Part shown: positions 47,392-56,974 of the stretch, piece after piece
How positions within the stretch are numbered: position 1 is the stretch's first letter
Layout of the letters: each line of letters opens with the position of its first letter
DNA from: a virus
Length of the DNA stretch: 64,000 nucleotides
Direction: 5' to 3' (one strand)
Virus record (IMG/VR): IMGVR_UViG_3300044904_000300
Location: 32,001-96,000 of that record
Notes under the pieces: generated by a model
Told to the model about the DNA's origin: nothing
Databases searched by the model: none
Seen by the model: the letters and a program-made list of their open reading frames with translations, nothing else
Position numbers and translations under genes: made by a program

Positions 47392-47970
47392 ATGCCGACT
47401 GTAACGAAAACGTGGACGTTTGCCAGTAGCATCGAGGGATGGACGGGCAGCTCGTGGGGCTGGAATGTCGATGGAATTGAAAGTAACGATTCCTTCGGGT
47501 CCTATGATCAGATAACCAACGAGTATCCACTAATCAGCCCTGCTGCGACTTGGCGAGACTGGGGTGTGCCGACAAACGCCACCGCGGTCACAGGAATCGA
47601 TATCCTTCATGGAAGCCGCAAGCGGGTGTCGTATGGTAACCTACAGGAATGGGGCGCGGGATTCCAAATTTTTACTGCAGGGTCCTGGCCGACGAGTCCG
47701 GTTTCAGTAACGGGTTCTCCTTTCCAGTTCGGGGCTATTAGTTTGCCGCACATAGGCTACGATAGTGCGTATGTTGATGCCGGAGCCGGCGGACTACCGA
47801 TTGGCGCAGCGTATCAGTCGCCCACGACCTCTGTGCAGCTCTACTTCCAGCTTGAGGTGACGAACAAGGTTACAAAAACCGTCGCGTGGGATGTCTTCTT
47901 CAATAACTTTACGATAGAACTGACCTATACGATTCCTTACACGTTCCCGGCGCTCACGGTGGCTCCATAA
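47392..47970 (+). CDS. Hypothetical protein homologous to an internal domain of the 37869 fibre
   Basis: TWTF.S..EGWTG and W.DWGVP.NA..VT resemble TW.W.S..ESWTG and W.DLGVPANASVT. Confidence 0.7.
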   Translation: MPTVTKTWTFASSIEGWTGSSWGWNVDGIESNDSFGSYDQITNEYPLISPAATWRDWGVPTNATAVTGIDILHGSRKRVSYGNLQEWGAGFQIFTAGSWPTSPVSVTGSPFQFGAISLPHIGYDSAYVDAGAGGLPIGAAYQSPTTSVQLYFQLEVTNKVTKTVAWDVFFNNFTIELTYTIPYTFPALTVAP

Positions 47971-47973
47971 ATA
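47966..47973 (+). promoter_or_regulatory. Late promoter CATAAATA
   Basis: Upstream of gp13. Confidence 0.65.
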
Positions 47974-47987
47974 CGACGGATAACCCG

Positions 47988-48968
47988 ATGCCTATTCCTA
48001 CAACTCGCGACGAATTCAAAGCGTATTGCCTCCGGGCCTGTGGAGACGGAGTGCTTCAGATCAACGTCACCGACGACCAAGTCGAAGACCGAATGGCTGA
48101 AGCGCTATTCTTCTATCAGCAGTATCACATGGATGCTGTGGAGTCCGTCTACATTCAGCACATGATCACGCCCAGCACGCTTACCCTCACCGATGTGCAG
48201 GGATCGTTTGTGATGAACCAGCGCCTCATCGGGGCCAACTCGCAGTTCAACGCCTTTGTCTATCAGGTCGTCAATACCTCAACGATCACCTACGCAAGCC
48301 TCATTCCAAGCAACACCGCGAACTTCCTTGTCGGAGAGATGGTATTTGGAGCAACCGAGGGAAACGCGAATACCAACGCAAATGCGATCATTAGTAAGGT
48401 AACCCTGGGTGACTATGATAACAACTACATCATAGTAGACCCTTCAGTCATCGGTGTGAAACGCATTTTCGCGCCATTCGACTCCCGCATCTCCGCTGAT
48501 GTGCTGTTTGACCCGCAAAGCCAGTTCAATATGTCGCTCCTGGCGAACTTCACCAGTAGCTCCGTCATTCCGTATTACATCGGTCGAAGCTATCAGCAGC
48601 TCCTCAACGATATGTTCCGAGGACGCCCAGGTATCCGGTTCCAGCGTTTTACAAACAAGGTGTGCCTGGATATCAGCCTGCAAGCGAACCTCCCACCAGG
48701 ATACTTCGTGATCGTGGATGGTGTCGCAGTCTTGGACCCCGAGGAATACCCGCTTATCTGGTCGGACCGCTGGCTTCAACGCTATACTATCGCGTTGATC
48801 AAGCGTCAGTGGGGAACAAACCTCTCCAAGTATAATGGGATCGCGCTCCCCGGTGGTGTGACGCTAGATGGCGCAACGATGTATACCACCGCACAAGCAG
48901 AGTGCGACAAACTGGAAGACGAACTGCGGAATACTTACCAGGAACCACCTATGTTCATCGTAGGATAA
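47988..48968 (+). CDS. gp13: Neck protein
   Basis: PTTR.EFK.YCLR..G..V..INVTDDQVEDR, WL.RY..ALIKRQWG.NL.KY.GI.LPGGVTLDG, EPP...VG. Confidence 0.96.
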   Translation: MPIPTTRDEFKAYCLRACGDGVLQINVTDDQVEDRMAEALFFYQQYHMDAVESVYIQHMITPSTLTLTDVQGSFVMNQRLIGANSQFNAFVYQVVNTSTITYASLIPSNTANFLVGEMVFGATEGNANTNANAIISKVTLGDYDNNYIIVDPSVIGVKRIFAPFDSRISADVLFDPQSQFNMSLLANFTSSSVIPYYIGRSYQQLLNDMFRGRPGIRFQRFTNKVCLDISLQANLPPGYFVIVDGVAVLDPEEYPLIWSDRWLQRYTIALIKRQWGTNLSKYNGIALPGGVTLDGATMYTTAQAECDKLEDELRNTYQEPPMFIVG

Positions 48969-48969
48969 C

Positions 48970-49827
48970 ATGGCCCTCAACTCATACTTTAACCAAGTTT
49001 CGTTCGCACCAGAGCAAGCGTTGGTGCAGGACCTTATCGAAGAGGCCATCCAAATCTACGGACATGATGTGTATTACATCCGCAGAGATGTCGTCAATAT
49101 GGACACGCTCATCGGTGAGGACAACTTGCAGAGCTTCAGCGAAGCATGGCCCATCGAGATGTATATAAAGACCCACGATAGTTTCCAGGGCCAGTCGGAG
49201 TTTGTGAGCAAGTTCGGGCTGATCATCGAGGACCGCATCGACTTGTCTGTCTCCATTCGGCGCTTTCATCAGACGGTCCCCAATATGCTTCGCCCCCGCG
49301 AAGGCGACTTGATCTGGATACAGATGTCTCCCGTGTGCCGCTACATCTTCGACATCAGGTTCGTAGAAAACCAGGAACAGATGTATCAGTTAGGAAAACT
49401 CTACACCTACGAACTGCACTGCGAGCGTATGAACTTCTCGCACGAACGAGTGACGACGCCCGAGGTCATTATCAACCAGGGCCCGCAACGGGACGCTTAT
49501 ACTATCGATGTTCTGCTTGGTGCGGGCACGGGTGACTACAACAACGAGGAACAGGTTTATCAAGGTGATAACTACGCGGTGGCGACTGCAACGGGAATGG
49601 TGGTGTCGTGGGATAGCGAAGTGTCGGTGCTCTCGCTGCAGAATATCACCGGAACATTCAGTAATGCTTTGCCAGTTATTGGCGTGGATAGTGGTGCGTC
49701 CTACCTACCATTAGCAACTCCGCTGACGACGCCCATCGCGCACGATCCGATTTCCGACAACCAAGAGCTTCAAACTGATAGCCCCTCTGTGCTTGTGGAT
49801 AGAGGAAAGAACCCGAGATACTCATAA
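48970..49827 (+). CDS. gp14: Neck protein
   Basis: MALNSYF, EQ.LVQDLIEE.IQIYG.DVYYI.R, SKFGL.I.D, RP.EGDLI, YQLGKLY.Y.L.CE. Confidence 0.96.
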   Translation: MALNSYFNQVSFAPEQALVQDLIEEAIQIYGHDVYYIRRDVVNMDTLIGEDNLQSFSEAWPIEMYIKTHDSFQGQSEFVSKFGLIIEDRIDLSVSIRRFHQTVPNMLRPREGDLIWIQMSPVCRYIFDIRFVENQEQMYQLGKLYTYELHCERMNFSHERVTTPEVIINQGPQRDAYTIDVLLGAGTGDYNNEEQVYQGDNYAVATATGMVVSWDSEVSVLSLQNITGTFSNALPVIGVDSGASYLPLATPLTTPIAHDPISDNQELQTDSPSVLVDRGKNPRYS

Positions 49828-50697
49828 ATGTTTGCGACCTTTGACCATCAACAGCTTCGGCGCTACCTTCTCGCCTTTGGGTCGTTCTTCGACAACATCT
49901 TCGTTGTCCGCTACGACATCACCGGGAAAGAGACGCAGCGCATCCAGGTCCCCATTCAATACGGGCCCAAAGAGAAGTGGTTGCTCCATATCATACAAGA
50001 CCCCGACTTCTTACAGAGTGTCGCGATCACGGTCCCTCGGTTGTCTTTTGAACTAACGAGTATTACCTATGACGGGAGCCGAAAGCTCAATAACCTCAAC
50101 CAGCTTCGCTTCCCCAACCAGAACGGGGAAGCTTCCAAACTCGCCCGCACCTACATCGGCGTCCCATACATCCTCAATTTCAACCTCTCCGCGCTCGTCA
50201 AGTTTCAGACCGATGGGTTCCAAATCGTTGAACAGATCCTCCCCTACTTCACGCCGGACTTGACCTTCGTGATCAATAATGTGCCAGAGCTAGGGATCTC
50301 GGACCAGATCCCGCTCACACTCACGGGAGTCTCCGAGAACGACAACTATGAGGGCGACTTTGAGAAACGACGCATCATCATTTGGTCGATGGACTATACG
50401 ATGAAGGTGTATTTCTACGGTCCCAACAAAGGCCAGGGCCGCATCGAAGAAGTCATCGTGGATGTGTATAATGCTCCATATGACTCACTCAACGAACCCC
50501 CGGAATACTTTGCGACCCAAGATGACGCTTCGACACTCATTACTAACGAACAAGGCGGTCACATCGTCACCGAGAACACCGAGGATGTATTCATTTCAAC
50601 AGACCCGGTTGTGCGAATCGATGTTGTCGCAGACCCGAAAGACCAACAAGCCCAGCCACCCGATGTGAAGGCGAACACCACGATAACTGAATTATGA
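49828..50697 (+). CDS. gp15: Tail sheath stabiliser / tail terminator
   Basis: VPIQYGPKEKW, PRLSFE...ITYD..RKLN, DG.QIVEQILPYF.P, RRIIIW..D.T.K..F.GP. Confidence 0.96.
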   Translation: MFATFDHQQLRRYLLAFGSFFDNIFVVRYDITGKETQRIQVPIQYGPKEKWLLHIIQDPDFLQSVAITVPRLSFELTSITYDGSRKLNNLNQLRFPNQNGEASKLARTYIGVPYILNFNLSALVKFQTDGFQIVEQILPYFTPDLTFVINNVPELGISDQIPLTLTGVSENDNYEGDFEKRRIIIWSMDYTMKVYFYGPNKGQGRIEEVIVDVYNAPYDSLNEPPEYFATQDDASTLITNEQGGHIVTENTEDVFISTDPVVRIDVVADPKDQQAQPPDVKANTTITEL

Positions 50698-51218
50698 TAG
50701 ATGACACTTTGAATACTTTGTTGGGGATTGTTCCCGATGAAGCACTTTCCGACAATACGACACCCACAGACGACGCACTAGCGGTCGTTGATGCCCCCAG
50801 TTTGCCCAAAGTGCTCGAACGGGAACAAACGGCGATCACGGTCCAGTCGACCCCCGTGGACGAAAAACTCGATACGGACTTTGAGTTTGCCCGAGAGAAA
50901 ATGCGGGATCTCATCAAGAAGGGACAGGAAGCTGTCGATTCGGCTATTATGCTTGCGACAAGTGGCGATGCCCCCCGAGCCTATGAGGTGGTGGGGAACA
51001 TGATCGGCGTCATTATCGATGCGAACAAACAACTCATCGACATTCATAAAACGAAACGAGATACACAACAAGTTGGCGCCCCTACGGCCCGTGCAGACGG
51101 TTCTGGTGGCTCTGTGAATATAGACAAAGCAGTATTCGTCGGACGCGCATCTGACCTGCTTCGTGAAATCCGGGCGCTTGCCGCGTCCAAGGTAGATACT
51201 GATGCCGAGAAATCCTAA
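50694..51218 (+). CDS. gp16: Terminase small subunit
   Basis: D.DFE.AR, I.KG.EA, PRAYEV...MI, AN..L.D.HK, N..KAVFVG...DL. Confidence 0.9.
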   Translation: MIDDTLNTLLGIVPDEALSDNTTPTDDALAVVDAPSLPKVLEREQTAITVQSTPVDEKLDTDFEFAREKMRDLIKKGQEAVDSAIMLATSGDAPRAYEVVGNMIGVIIDANKQLIDIHKTKRDTQQVGAPTARADGSGGSVNIDKAVFVGRASDLLREIRALAASKVDTDAEKS

Positions 51219-52161
51219 CCCACAAGGATACAACGGGAACCCCCTACTCCCGCTGCCCAACGCACAGGTCGCCCTTTCCGCAGACGAACTCAAGGAATAC
51301 ATCGCCTGCTCTCAAGACCCTATTTACTTCATCGAACGCTATGTCAAGATCGTCCACGTAGACCGCGGAATCGTCAAGTTCGAATTGTATCCCTTCCAGC
51401 GGGAAATCGTTCAGGCCTTCGAGCACAACCGGTTCGTCATCTGTAAGCTCGCCCGGCAGTCGGGAAAGTCGACCGTCGTGGTCTGCGGATACTTCCTCTG
51501 GTACATCCTGTTTCATACAGATATCAGCGTCGGGTTACTCGCCAACAAAGAGGCGACCGCCATCGAACTGCTCCGTCGTTTGAAACAGAGTTTCGAACTG
51601 CTCCCCGATTTCTTGAAACAGGGCGTCGTCAAGTGGGACCAGAAGCTCATCATGCTCGCCAATAACTCTCGTGTGCGAGCGGAGAGCACCAGCGCGAGCG
51701 CGGTCCGAGGAGACACCTTCAACATTCTGTTCCTCGATGAATTTGCGTTCGTTCCCGAGAACATCGCTCTCGAATTCATGACCTCCGTGTATCCGACTAT
51801 CACATCAGGTAAGACGACGAAAATGTTCATCGTCTCAACCCCCGCGGGATACAACCTGTTCTATAAGATTTGGAATGATAGCGAAGAGGGACGGAACACC
51901 TATACGCGCATGGGCTTCACCTGGCGCGATGTCCCTGGCCGAACGGAAGTAGACGAAAACGGTGTCAACAAATGGGAGAAGGAAACTCGGCAGAATATCG
52001 GTGACATGCAGTTCGAACAAGAGTTTGAATCGGTTGTGGGGTCAACACTTGTCACCATTAGAGATAAGCAAAATGGAACCATTACCACACTACCAATAGT
52101 AAAACTTTATGCCACGTTGTATGATGAACAACTTGGAGACATTCAATTACCGGGTTACTAG
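51202..52161 (+). CDS. gp17: Terminase large subunit, N-terminal ATPase part + 43-aa N-intein (52030-52158)
   Basis: YNGNP.L, LARQSGKST, ILFLDEFAF, QFEQEFE followed by SVVGSTLVTIRD...IVKLY intein block A. Confidence 0.95.
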   Translation: MPRNPNPQGYNGNPLLPLPNAQVALSADELKEYIACSQDPIYFIERYVKIVHVDRGIVKFELYPFQREIVQAFEHNRFVICKLARQSGKSTVVVCGYFLWYILFHTDISVGLLANKEATAIELLRRLKQSFELLPDFLKQGVVKWDQKLIMLANNSRVRAESTSASAVRGDTFNILFLDEFAFVPENIALEFMTSVYPTITSGKTTKMFIVSTPAGYNLFYKIWNDSEEGRNTYTRMGFTWRDVPGRTEVDENGVNKWEKETRQNIGDMQFEQEFESVVGSTLVTIRDKQNGTITTLPIVKLYATLYDEQLGDIQLPGY

Positions 52162-52171
52162 TCTTTGAATG

Positions 52172-52178
52172 CTAAATA
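52172..52178 (+). promoter_or_regulatory. Late promoter CTAAATA
   Basis: 5 nt before ATG 52184. Confidence 0.7.
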
Positions 52179-52183
52179 GAGGT

Positions 52184-52669
52184 ATGGTAGAAAAAACTTA
52201 CCTCATTTACAAGTTAACTCGGGATGACGGAATGCTTTACATTGGCACAACGGATTCAACCCGATTTAAGAATCGAATGTGCCAACATCGAGGTACCTCC
52301 CGGTTTGTTGGTCATACATTTTCAACAGAGATACTTGCTGAAAATGCAGAAATTGCTATTCTATTACAAGAAGCAGACTTTATAACACAATACAACACAC
52401 TTTCTCCATTTGGGCTCAACCTCACAAAAAGTGGTAAAGGAAGCGGGCACGATTCTCTACATTTTACTACACGGGGATACAAGTTTAGTGAAGAAAGCCG
52501 AAAAAGGATGAGCGAATCTGCTAAACGCCGATGCAAGACCAATCCCCGTTTGGGTTGGTCGCACAGTGAAGAAACAAAAACTCACTGGAGCAAACGACGA
52601 AAGGGCATTCACGCTCGGGCACTTAAAGGAAAAACTATCGATGAGTTTTGTTCTCAATCGACATTATGA
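52184..52669 (+). CDS. GIY-YIG homing endonuclease with NUMOD3-like repeats, between the split terminase halves
   Basis: LIYKLT....LYIG.T, R...R..QH, E..FI..Y.TL.P.GLN; FSEESRKRMS and HSEETK repeats. Confidence 0.85.
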   Translation: MVEKTYLIYKLTRDDGMLYIGTTDSTRFKNRMCQHRGTSRFVGHTFSTEILAENAEIAILLQEADFITQYNTLSPFGLNLTKSGKGSGHDSLHFTTRGYKFSEESRKRMSESAKRRCKTNPRLGWSHSEETKTHWSKRRKGIHARALKGKTIDEFCSQSTL

Positions 52670-53843
52670 AATTTTAACTCCGGATGGATTCCGGTCTTTT
52701 GTTGGATTACACTGTATTCAACAATCGACTATTAGTGTATTTACCCGAAGTGGTCGTATTCTTACTGGTAGTGCCAAGCATCGCATCTTAACTCCCAATG
52801 GATTCACAATTCTTGGTAACCTTATAGTTGGTGATTATGTTCAAACTCTGTTCGGCCTCGATTGTGTTGAGCGTCTTACATCTTATGAAGAAATAACAAA
52901 TCTATACGACCCCATTGATGTTGACCATCCAGAACAGGCGTTTTATACTGATGAAATTATTTCACACAATTGTTCATTCATGGGGTCTGCGAACACGCTG
53001 ATTCCCGCGCACAAGCTCGCGATGCTGGGCTACAAGGAACCTATTGAGACGAGGGGCGACCTCAAAATCTATACCCGTCCAGTCAAGGCGACAGACGAAG
53101 GGCCCTCGCACGTCTATCAGATCACCGTGGATATCGGAATGGGACAGGGCTTGGATTACTCGGTCATCAACGTCACAGACATTTCCGAGAACCCATTTCG
53201 GCAAGTGGCGATCTGGCGAAACAACTCGCTTTCCGCTACGATGCTCGCACCCATCATTCGGGACATCGGGCAGTATTACAATAATGCGTTTGTCATGATG
53301 GAAATTAACCTTGAGGGACATGCAGTTGCCGAAATGCTCCATAACGAGCTTGAGTATCCGGGGGTCATGACGGTAACTCCACACCCCAAGAAGGGACAGC
53401 ATCTCTCGGGGGGTTTTGGGCTGAAGTCCCGCTTTGGCTTGAAGATGTCGGAAGCCACCAAGCGCATCGGGTGTTCCGGGCTCAAGACACTTTTTGAGCA
53501 GGATAAGTATATCGTTAATGACTATCAGACGCTCCGCGAACTGACAACCTTTGTGGTCCATAACAAGACCTATCAGGCAGAAGTCGGAAACCACGATGAT
53601 ATTGTCATGACCTTGGTGCTCCTGGGTTGGCTCACGCTTCAGCTTCGTTACGAGGATTACGTGGGTCTCTCGATGCGAAAGCTGCTCATGGACCGAGGCG
53701 AAACGCTAACATTCGATACTCCCGCACTTGGACACATGGGCGACTTGGAGCAAACGCCTGTTGTCGGACTGACGCAAGGGGGAATTGAGATCATCGATGA
53801 CCCGGATTTCTGGAGAGAACAAGAGGACACTTCGTGGTTATAA
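52641..53843 (+). CDS. gp17: 110-aa C-intein (52641-52970) + terminase large subunit nuclease part
   Basis: YEILTPDGF, TGSAKH (block B), LYDPIDV (F), IISHN|C (G); then SFMGSANTLI, VDIGMG.GLDYS, NHDDIVM. Confidence 0.95.
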   Translation: MSFVLNRHYEILTPDGFRSFVGLHCIQQSTISVFTRSGRILTGSAKHRILTPNGFTILGNLIVGDYVQTLFGLDCVERLTSYEEITNLYDPIDVDHPEQAFYTDEIISHNCSFMGSANTLIPAHKLAMLGYKEPIETRGDLKIYTRPVKATDEGPSHVYQITVDIGMGQGLDYSVINVTDISENPFRQVAIWRNNSLSATMLAPIIRDIGQYYNNAFVMMEINLEGHAVAEMLHNELEYPGVMTVTPHPKKGQHLSGGFGLKSRFGLKMSEATKRIGCSGLKTLFEQDKYIVNDYQTLRELTTFVVHNKTYQAEVGNHDDIVMTLVLLGWLTLQLRYEDYVGLSMRKLLMDRGETLTFDTPALGHMGDLEQTPVVGLTQGGIEIIDDPDFWREQEDTSWL

Positions 53844-53848
53844 TGGAG

Positions 53849-53870
53849 AAACCGGCGGCATCCGGTTTTT
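53849..53870 (+). terminator. Intrinsic terminator after gp17
   Basis: AAACCGG-CGGCAT-CCGGTTTTT. Confidence 0.65.
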
Positions 53871-53877
53871 CTAAATA
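53871..53877 (+). promoter_or_regulatory. Late promoter CTAAATA for gp18
   Basis: Directly after the terminator. Confidence 0.75.
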
Positions 53878-53943
53878 CAGGAGTAACTACCGCAGCGTCG
53901 TGGTAGGCGAAATTTCCAAACCTCTATTGAAGGGGACTCACAC

Positions 53944-56289
53944 ATGGCATTCATGGTATCTCCCGGCGTTAATGTTTCTGAAGTAGACCTTACCGCAGGT
54001 GCACAGCAGATTTCAGTTTCCGATGCGGCGTTTGCCGGACCATTCAATTGGGGGCCCGCACTAGAAGTTTTTAACATCGGGTCGGAAGACGACTTGGTGA
54101 AATACTTCGGCAAACCAACAGACGATATTTACGAATACTGGTTTAGCGCGGCGGCATTCCTTGCGTATTCCAACCTTCTCCACTGCGTTCGGGCGGTGAG
54201 TGCTGGCGCGTTGAACGCCACAGCCGACGCCAAAGCGTTGACGGGTACCGTTACGGGCAACGTGGGAAACAACATCTGGAATTCTAGCGCAGGCGGCGGG
54301 TTGGATACCGGCTACGCTTCAACCCCTGTGCTCTTTGCAGGACAGAATATCACGCTCGATGGCGTCAACTACGTCGTATTGAGTGTAGACTCCGCAACCA
54401 AGTTCCACACCGTAGCAAACGCAGCAGTCGTTGCAAACCTCCCGGGAACCTGGGTGCTTCAGTCAGGTAACGTGACGATTGCAAACGCCTCGGCCAACGC
54501 GGTGACCACGGGGCTTGCAAACAGTATGCTCATCACGATTGGTGCAGCAACGTATACAGTCAACACCATCGCCGCCGGCGCCAATTCGTTTACTGTTGTT
54601 GAGACTCCGGCGGTCAGCAACGCAGCGTGCAGCATCAAGCCCATCAGCTATATTGGTGTGGATGTCGCAACCTACGGCGTCCAGCTACGGAACGACAGTC
54701 AATATGACAACGAATTTGCTAATGGTGGAATGTTCGCGTTCGGTGACTGGATTGCGAAGTATCCGGGTGAGCTAGGCAATAGCCTCAAGGTTAGCGTGTG
54801 CCCAAGCGCAAACGCTTATCAATCAACGCCATCGGGATCAATTGCGGTCACCGCTGGTTATACCGCACTTAATGGAACTAGTGGTTCCGCATTTCTTACG
54901 GAACTGGTTCCAGGTGACTGGATCACTTGGTCGGGCGGTGCCCGGTATCAGATCGCCTCAATCACGAGCGATAGCCTTGCAGTATTGACGACCGCAGCGG
55001 TGAAGACCACCTCTACCCCAATCACGAGCACGAATTGGACGCGCAGTTGGGAATGGTCACAGTTCTTCGACCTTGCGCCCGATACTAGTCAGTATGCAAC
55101 AGACCGAAACGGTCAGAACGACGAATTGCATATTGCCGTCATCGACGAAGATGGTAAGTTCACGGGCATTCCGGGTACCATCCTCGAAAAGTTCGCATTC
55201 GTGTCCAAGGCGATTGACGCTAAGACTCCGAATGGTGATGCCAACTACTACGTCACGCAGATCAATCGTCAGAGTGCTTACATCTGGTGGTTGAGTGCAC
55301 CAACGACCGATACGACAAATTGGGGCGAGGACGCAAGTTCTTCCTTTGGTGCGGATCTGCTCCCGACCTCAGAGAGCCTCGTCGGCGGACAAACAGACAA
55401 CGCCAACATCGGTGATGGCGACCTGGAAACCGCATACGACCTCTTCGCGGGAACCGACACGATTGATGTATCGCTCGTTATTTCGGGTCCAGCAGACGCC
55501 ACACTTGCAAGCTACCTCATTCAGGATCTTGCAGAAGTGCGGAAAGACTGTGTGGTCTTCGTTTCGCCAGAGAAGGCGGACGTGGTCAGCAACATCGGCA
55601 GCGAAGTCGCGGACATCATCGCGTTCCGCAACAGTCTGCCGTCAAGCAGCTACGGATTCTTGGACAGCGGGTGGAAATACACCTACGACAAGTATAACGA
55701 CAAATACCGGTGGGTGCCGCTCAACGGCGACATCGCAGGTATCGCTGCTCGCTCAGACACACAGACAGACCCATGGTGGTCGCCAGCAGGATTCAACCGC
55801 GGACAGGTAAAGAACGTGGTGAAACTCGCGTGGAATCCTCATCAGCTAGATCGGGACGACCTCTATAAGGTCGGCGTGAACCCCGTGGTCAGCTTCCCGT
55901 CGTCGGGCATCGTGCTCTATGGCGACAAGACGCTGCTCAGCCGGCCGAGTGCGTTTGATCGGATCAACGTGCGTCGGTTGTTCATCGTGCTTGAAAAGAC
56001 AATTTCGCAGATGGCACAAAGTCAGTTGTTCGAATTCAACGATGACTTTACACGGTCGCAGTTCCGCAACACCGTGAACCCATTCTTGCAGGATGTCAAG
56101 TCGCGTCGTGGTATCTACGACTTTGCCGTAATCTGCGACACGACCAACAATACCCCGGAGGTGATTGACCAGAACCAGTTCGTAGGCGACATCTACATCA
56201 AGCCGGCTCGTTCAATCAACTTTATCCAGTTGAACTTCGTGGCGGTGCGGAGCGGCGTCAGCTTCCAAGAAGTCACAGGGGCGCTGTAA
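53944..56289 (+). CDS. gp18: Tail sheath protein
   Basis: MAFMVSPGV.VSEVDLT, F.WGP, W.SPAGFNRG, LYGDKT, SAFDRINVRRLF, PARSINFIQLNFVA.RSGV.F.E. Confidence 0.98.
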   Translation: MAFMVSPGVNVSEVDLTAGAQQISVSDAAFAGPFNWGPALEVFNIGSEDDLVKYFGKPTDDIYEYWFSAAAFLAYSNLLHCVRAVSAGALNATADAKALTGTVTGNVGNNIWNSSAGGGLDTGYASTPVLFAGQNITLDGVNYVVLSVDSATKFHTVANAAVVANLPGTWVLQSGNVTIANASANAVTTGLANSMLITIGAATYTVNTIAAGANSFTVVETPAVSNAACSIKPISYIGVDVATYGVQLRNDSQYDNEFANGGMFAFGDWIAKYPGELGNSLKVSVCPSANAYQSTPSGSIAVTAGYTALNGTSGSAFLTELVPGDWITWSGGARYQIASITSDSLAVLTTAAVKTTSTPITSTNWTRSWEWSQFFDLAPDTSQYATDRNGQNDELHIAVIDEDGKFTGIPGTILEKFAFVSKAIDAKTPNGDANYYVTQINRQSAYIWWLSAPTTDTTNWGEDASSSFGADLLPTSESLVGGQTDNANIGDGDLETAYDLFAGTDTIDVSLVISGPADATLASYLIQDLAEVRKDCVVFVSPEKADVVSNIGSEVADIIAFRNSLPSSSYGFLDSGWKYTYDKYNDKYRWVPLNGDIAGIAARSDTQTDPWWSPAGFNRGQVKNVVKLAWNPHQLDRDDLYKVGVNPVVSFPSSGIVLYGDKTLLSRPSAFDRINVRRLFIVLEKTISQMAQSQLFEFNDDFTRSQFRNTVNPFLQDVKSRRGIYDFAVICDTTNNTPEVIDQNQFVGDIYIKPARSINFIQLNFVAVRSGVSFQEVTGAL

Positions 56290-56327
56290 AGATCGGGTTG
56301 AAGTAACGTCATCTTAGGAGTAGACAC

Positions 56328-56906
56328 ATGGCATTCGTATTAAACGACTTTCGCAACGCACTCCAATATGGAGGCGCACGGCCGTCGCAGTTTGATATGC
56401 AGATCGTCTGGCCGGCGACAGTAGATGCAGCTCAGGCCCGGGCCCAGCTTCCGTTTCTGTGTTCCATTTCACAGATCCCGGCCAGCACCGTTGGACAGAT
56501 CACGGTGCCCTATTTCGGACGGGAACTGTATTATGCTGGAGATCGGAAGTTCGAATCGCTCACCATCACCGTGCTTAACGATGAGGACTATGCGATCCGA
56601 CATTCACTCGAAGATTGGTTGAAGCAAATTCAGTCGCACTCAACGTCTGTTTCAGCGTTCCAGGGTGGAATTGCAACGTCAAGTGGTGCAGGCAGTTCCT
56701 ACGCGACTCGCGGAATTGTTCGCCAACTTTCGCGTAACGAAGAGGGCAGCGGACAGCAACAGCGTTACATCTTTGAGGGAATGTTCCCGATCAACCTTTC
56801 GGGAATTGAGTTGAACTGGGAAGCTTACGACCAGATTGAACGGTATACGTGCGAATTCCGCTATCAGTGGTGGACGTGCGAGACCTATCAGAACGGCACT
56901 TGGTAA
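56328..56906 (+). CDS. gp19: Tail tube protein
   Basis: GGARP..F, PAST.G.I.VPYFGR....AGDR.F, T.LNDEDY.IR...E.W, ..F.YQWW. Confidence 0.96.
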   Translation: MAFVLNDFRNALQYGGARPSQFDMQIVWPATVDAAQARAQLPFLCSISQIPASTVGQITVPYFGRELYYAGDRKFESLTITVLNDEDYAIRHSLEDWLKQIQSHSTSVSAFQGGIATSSGAGSSYATRGIVRQLSRNEEGSGQQQRYIFEGMFPINLSGIELNWEAYDQIERYTCEFRYQWWTCETYQNGTW

Positions 56907-56974
56907 GATTATTGTCCGAAGGGGCCAGCGGATCATCGTGAAGAAACTGGCCCCCTTCATAAAGGTGAACCTAC

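Noticed and set aside
52030-52970. Group I intron interrupting gp17
   Set aside because: Both junctions carry intein blocks in frame with the exteins, and I recognised no P/Q/R/S intron core.
56918-56958. GC-rich inverted repeat between gp19 and gp20 as a terminator or ncRNA
   Set aside because: Large loop, no U-tract and no further support; at most an RNA processing or stability hairpin.
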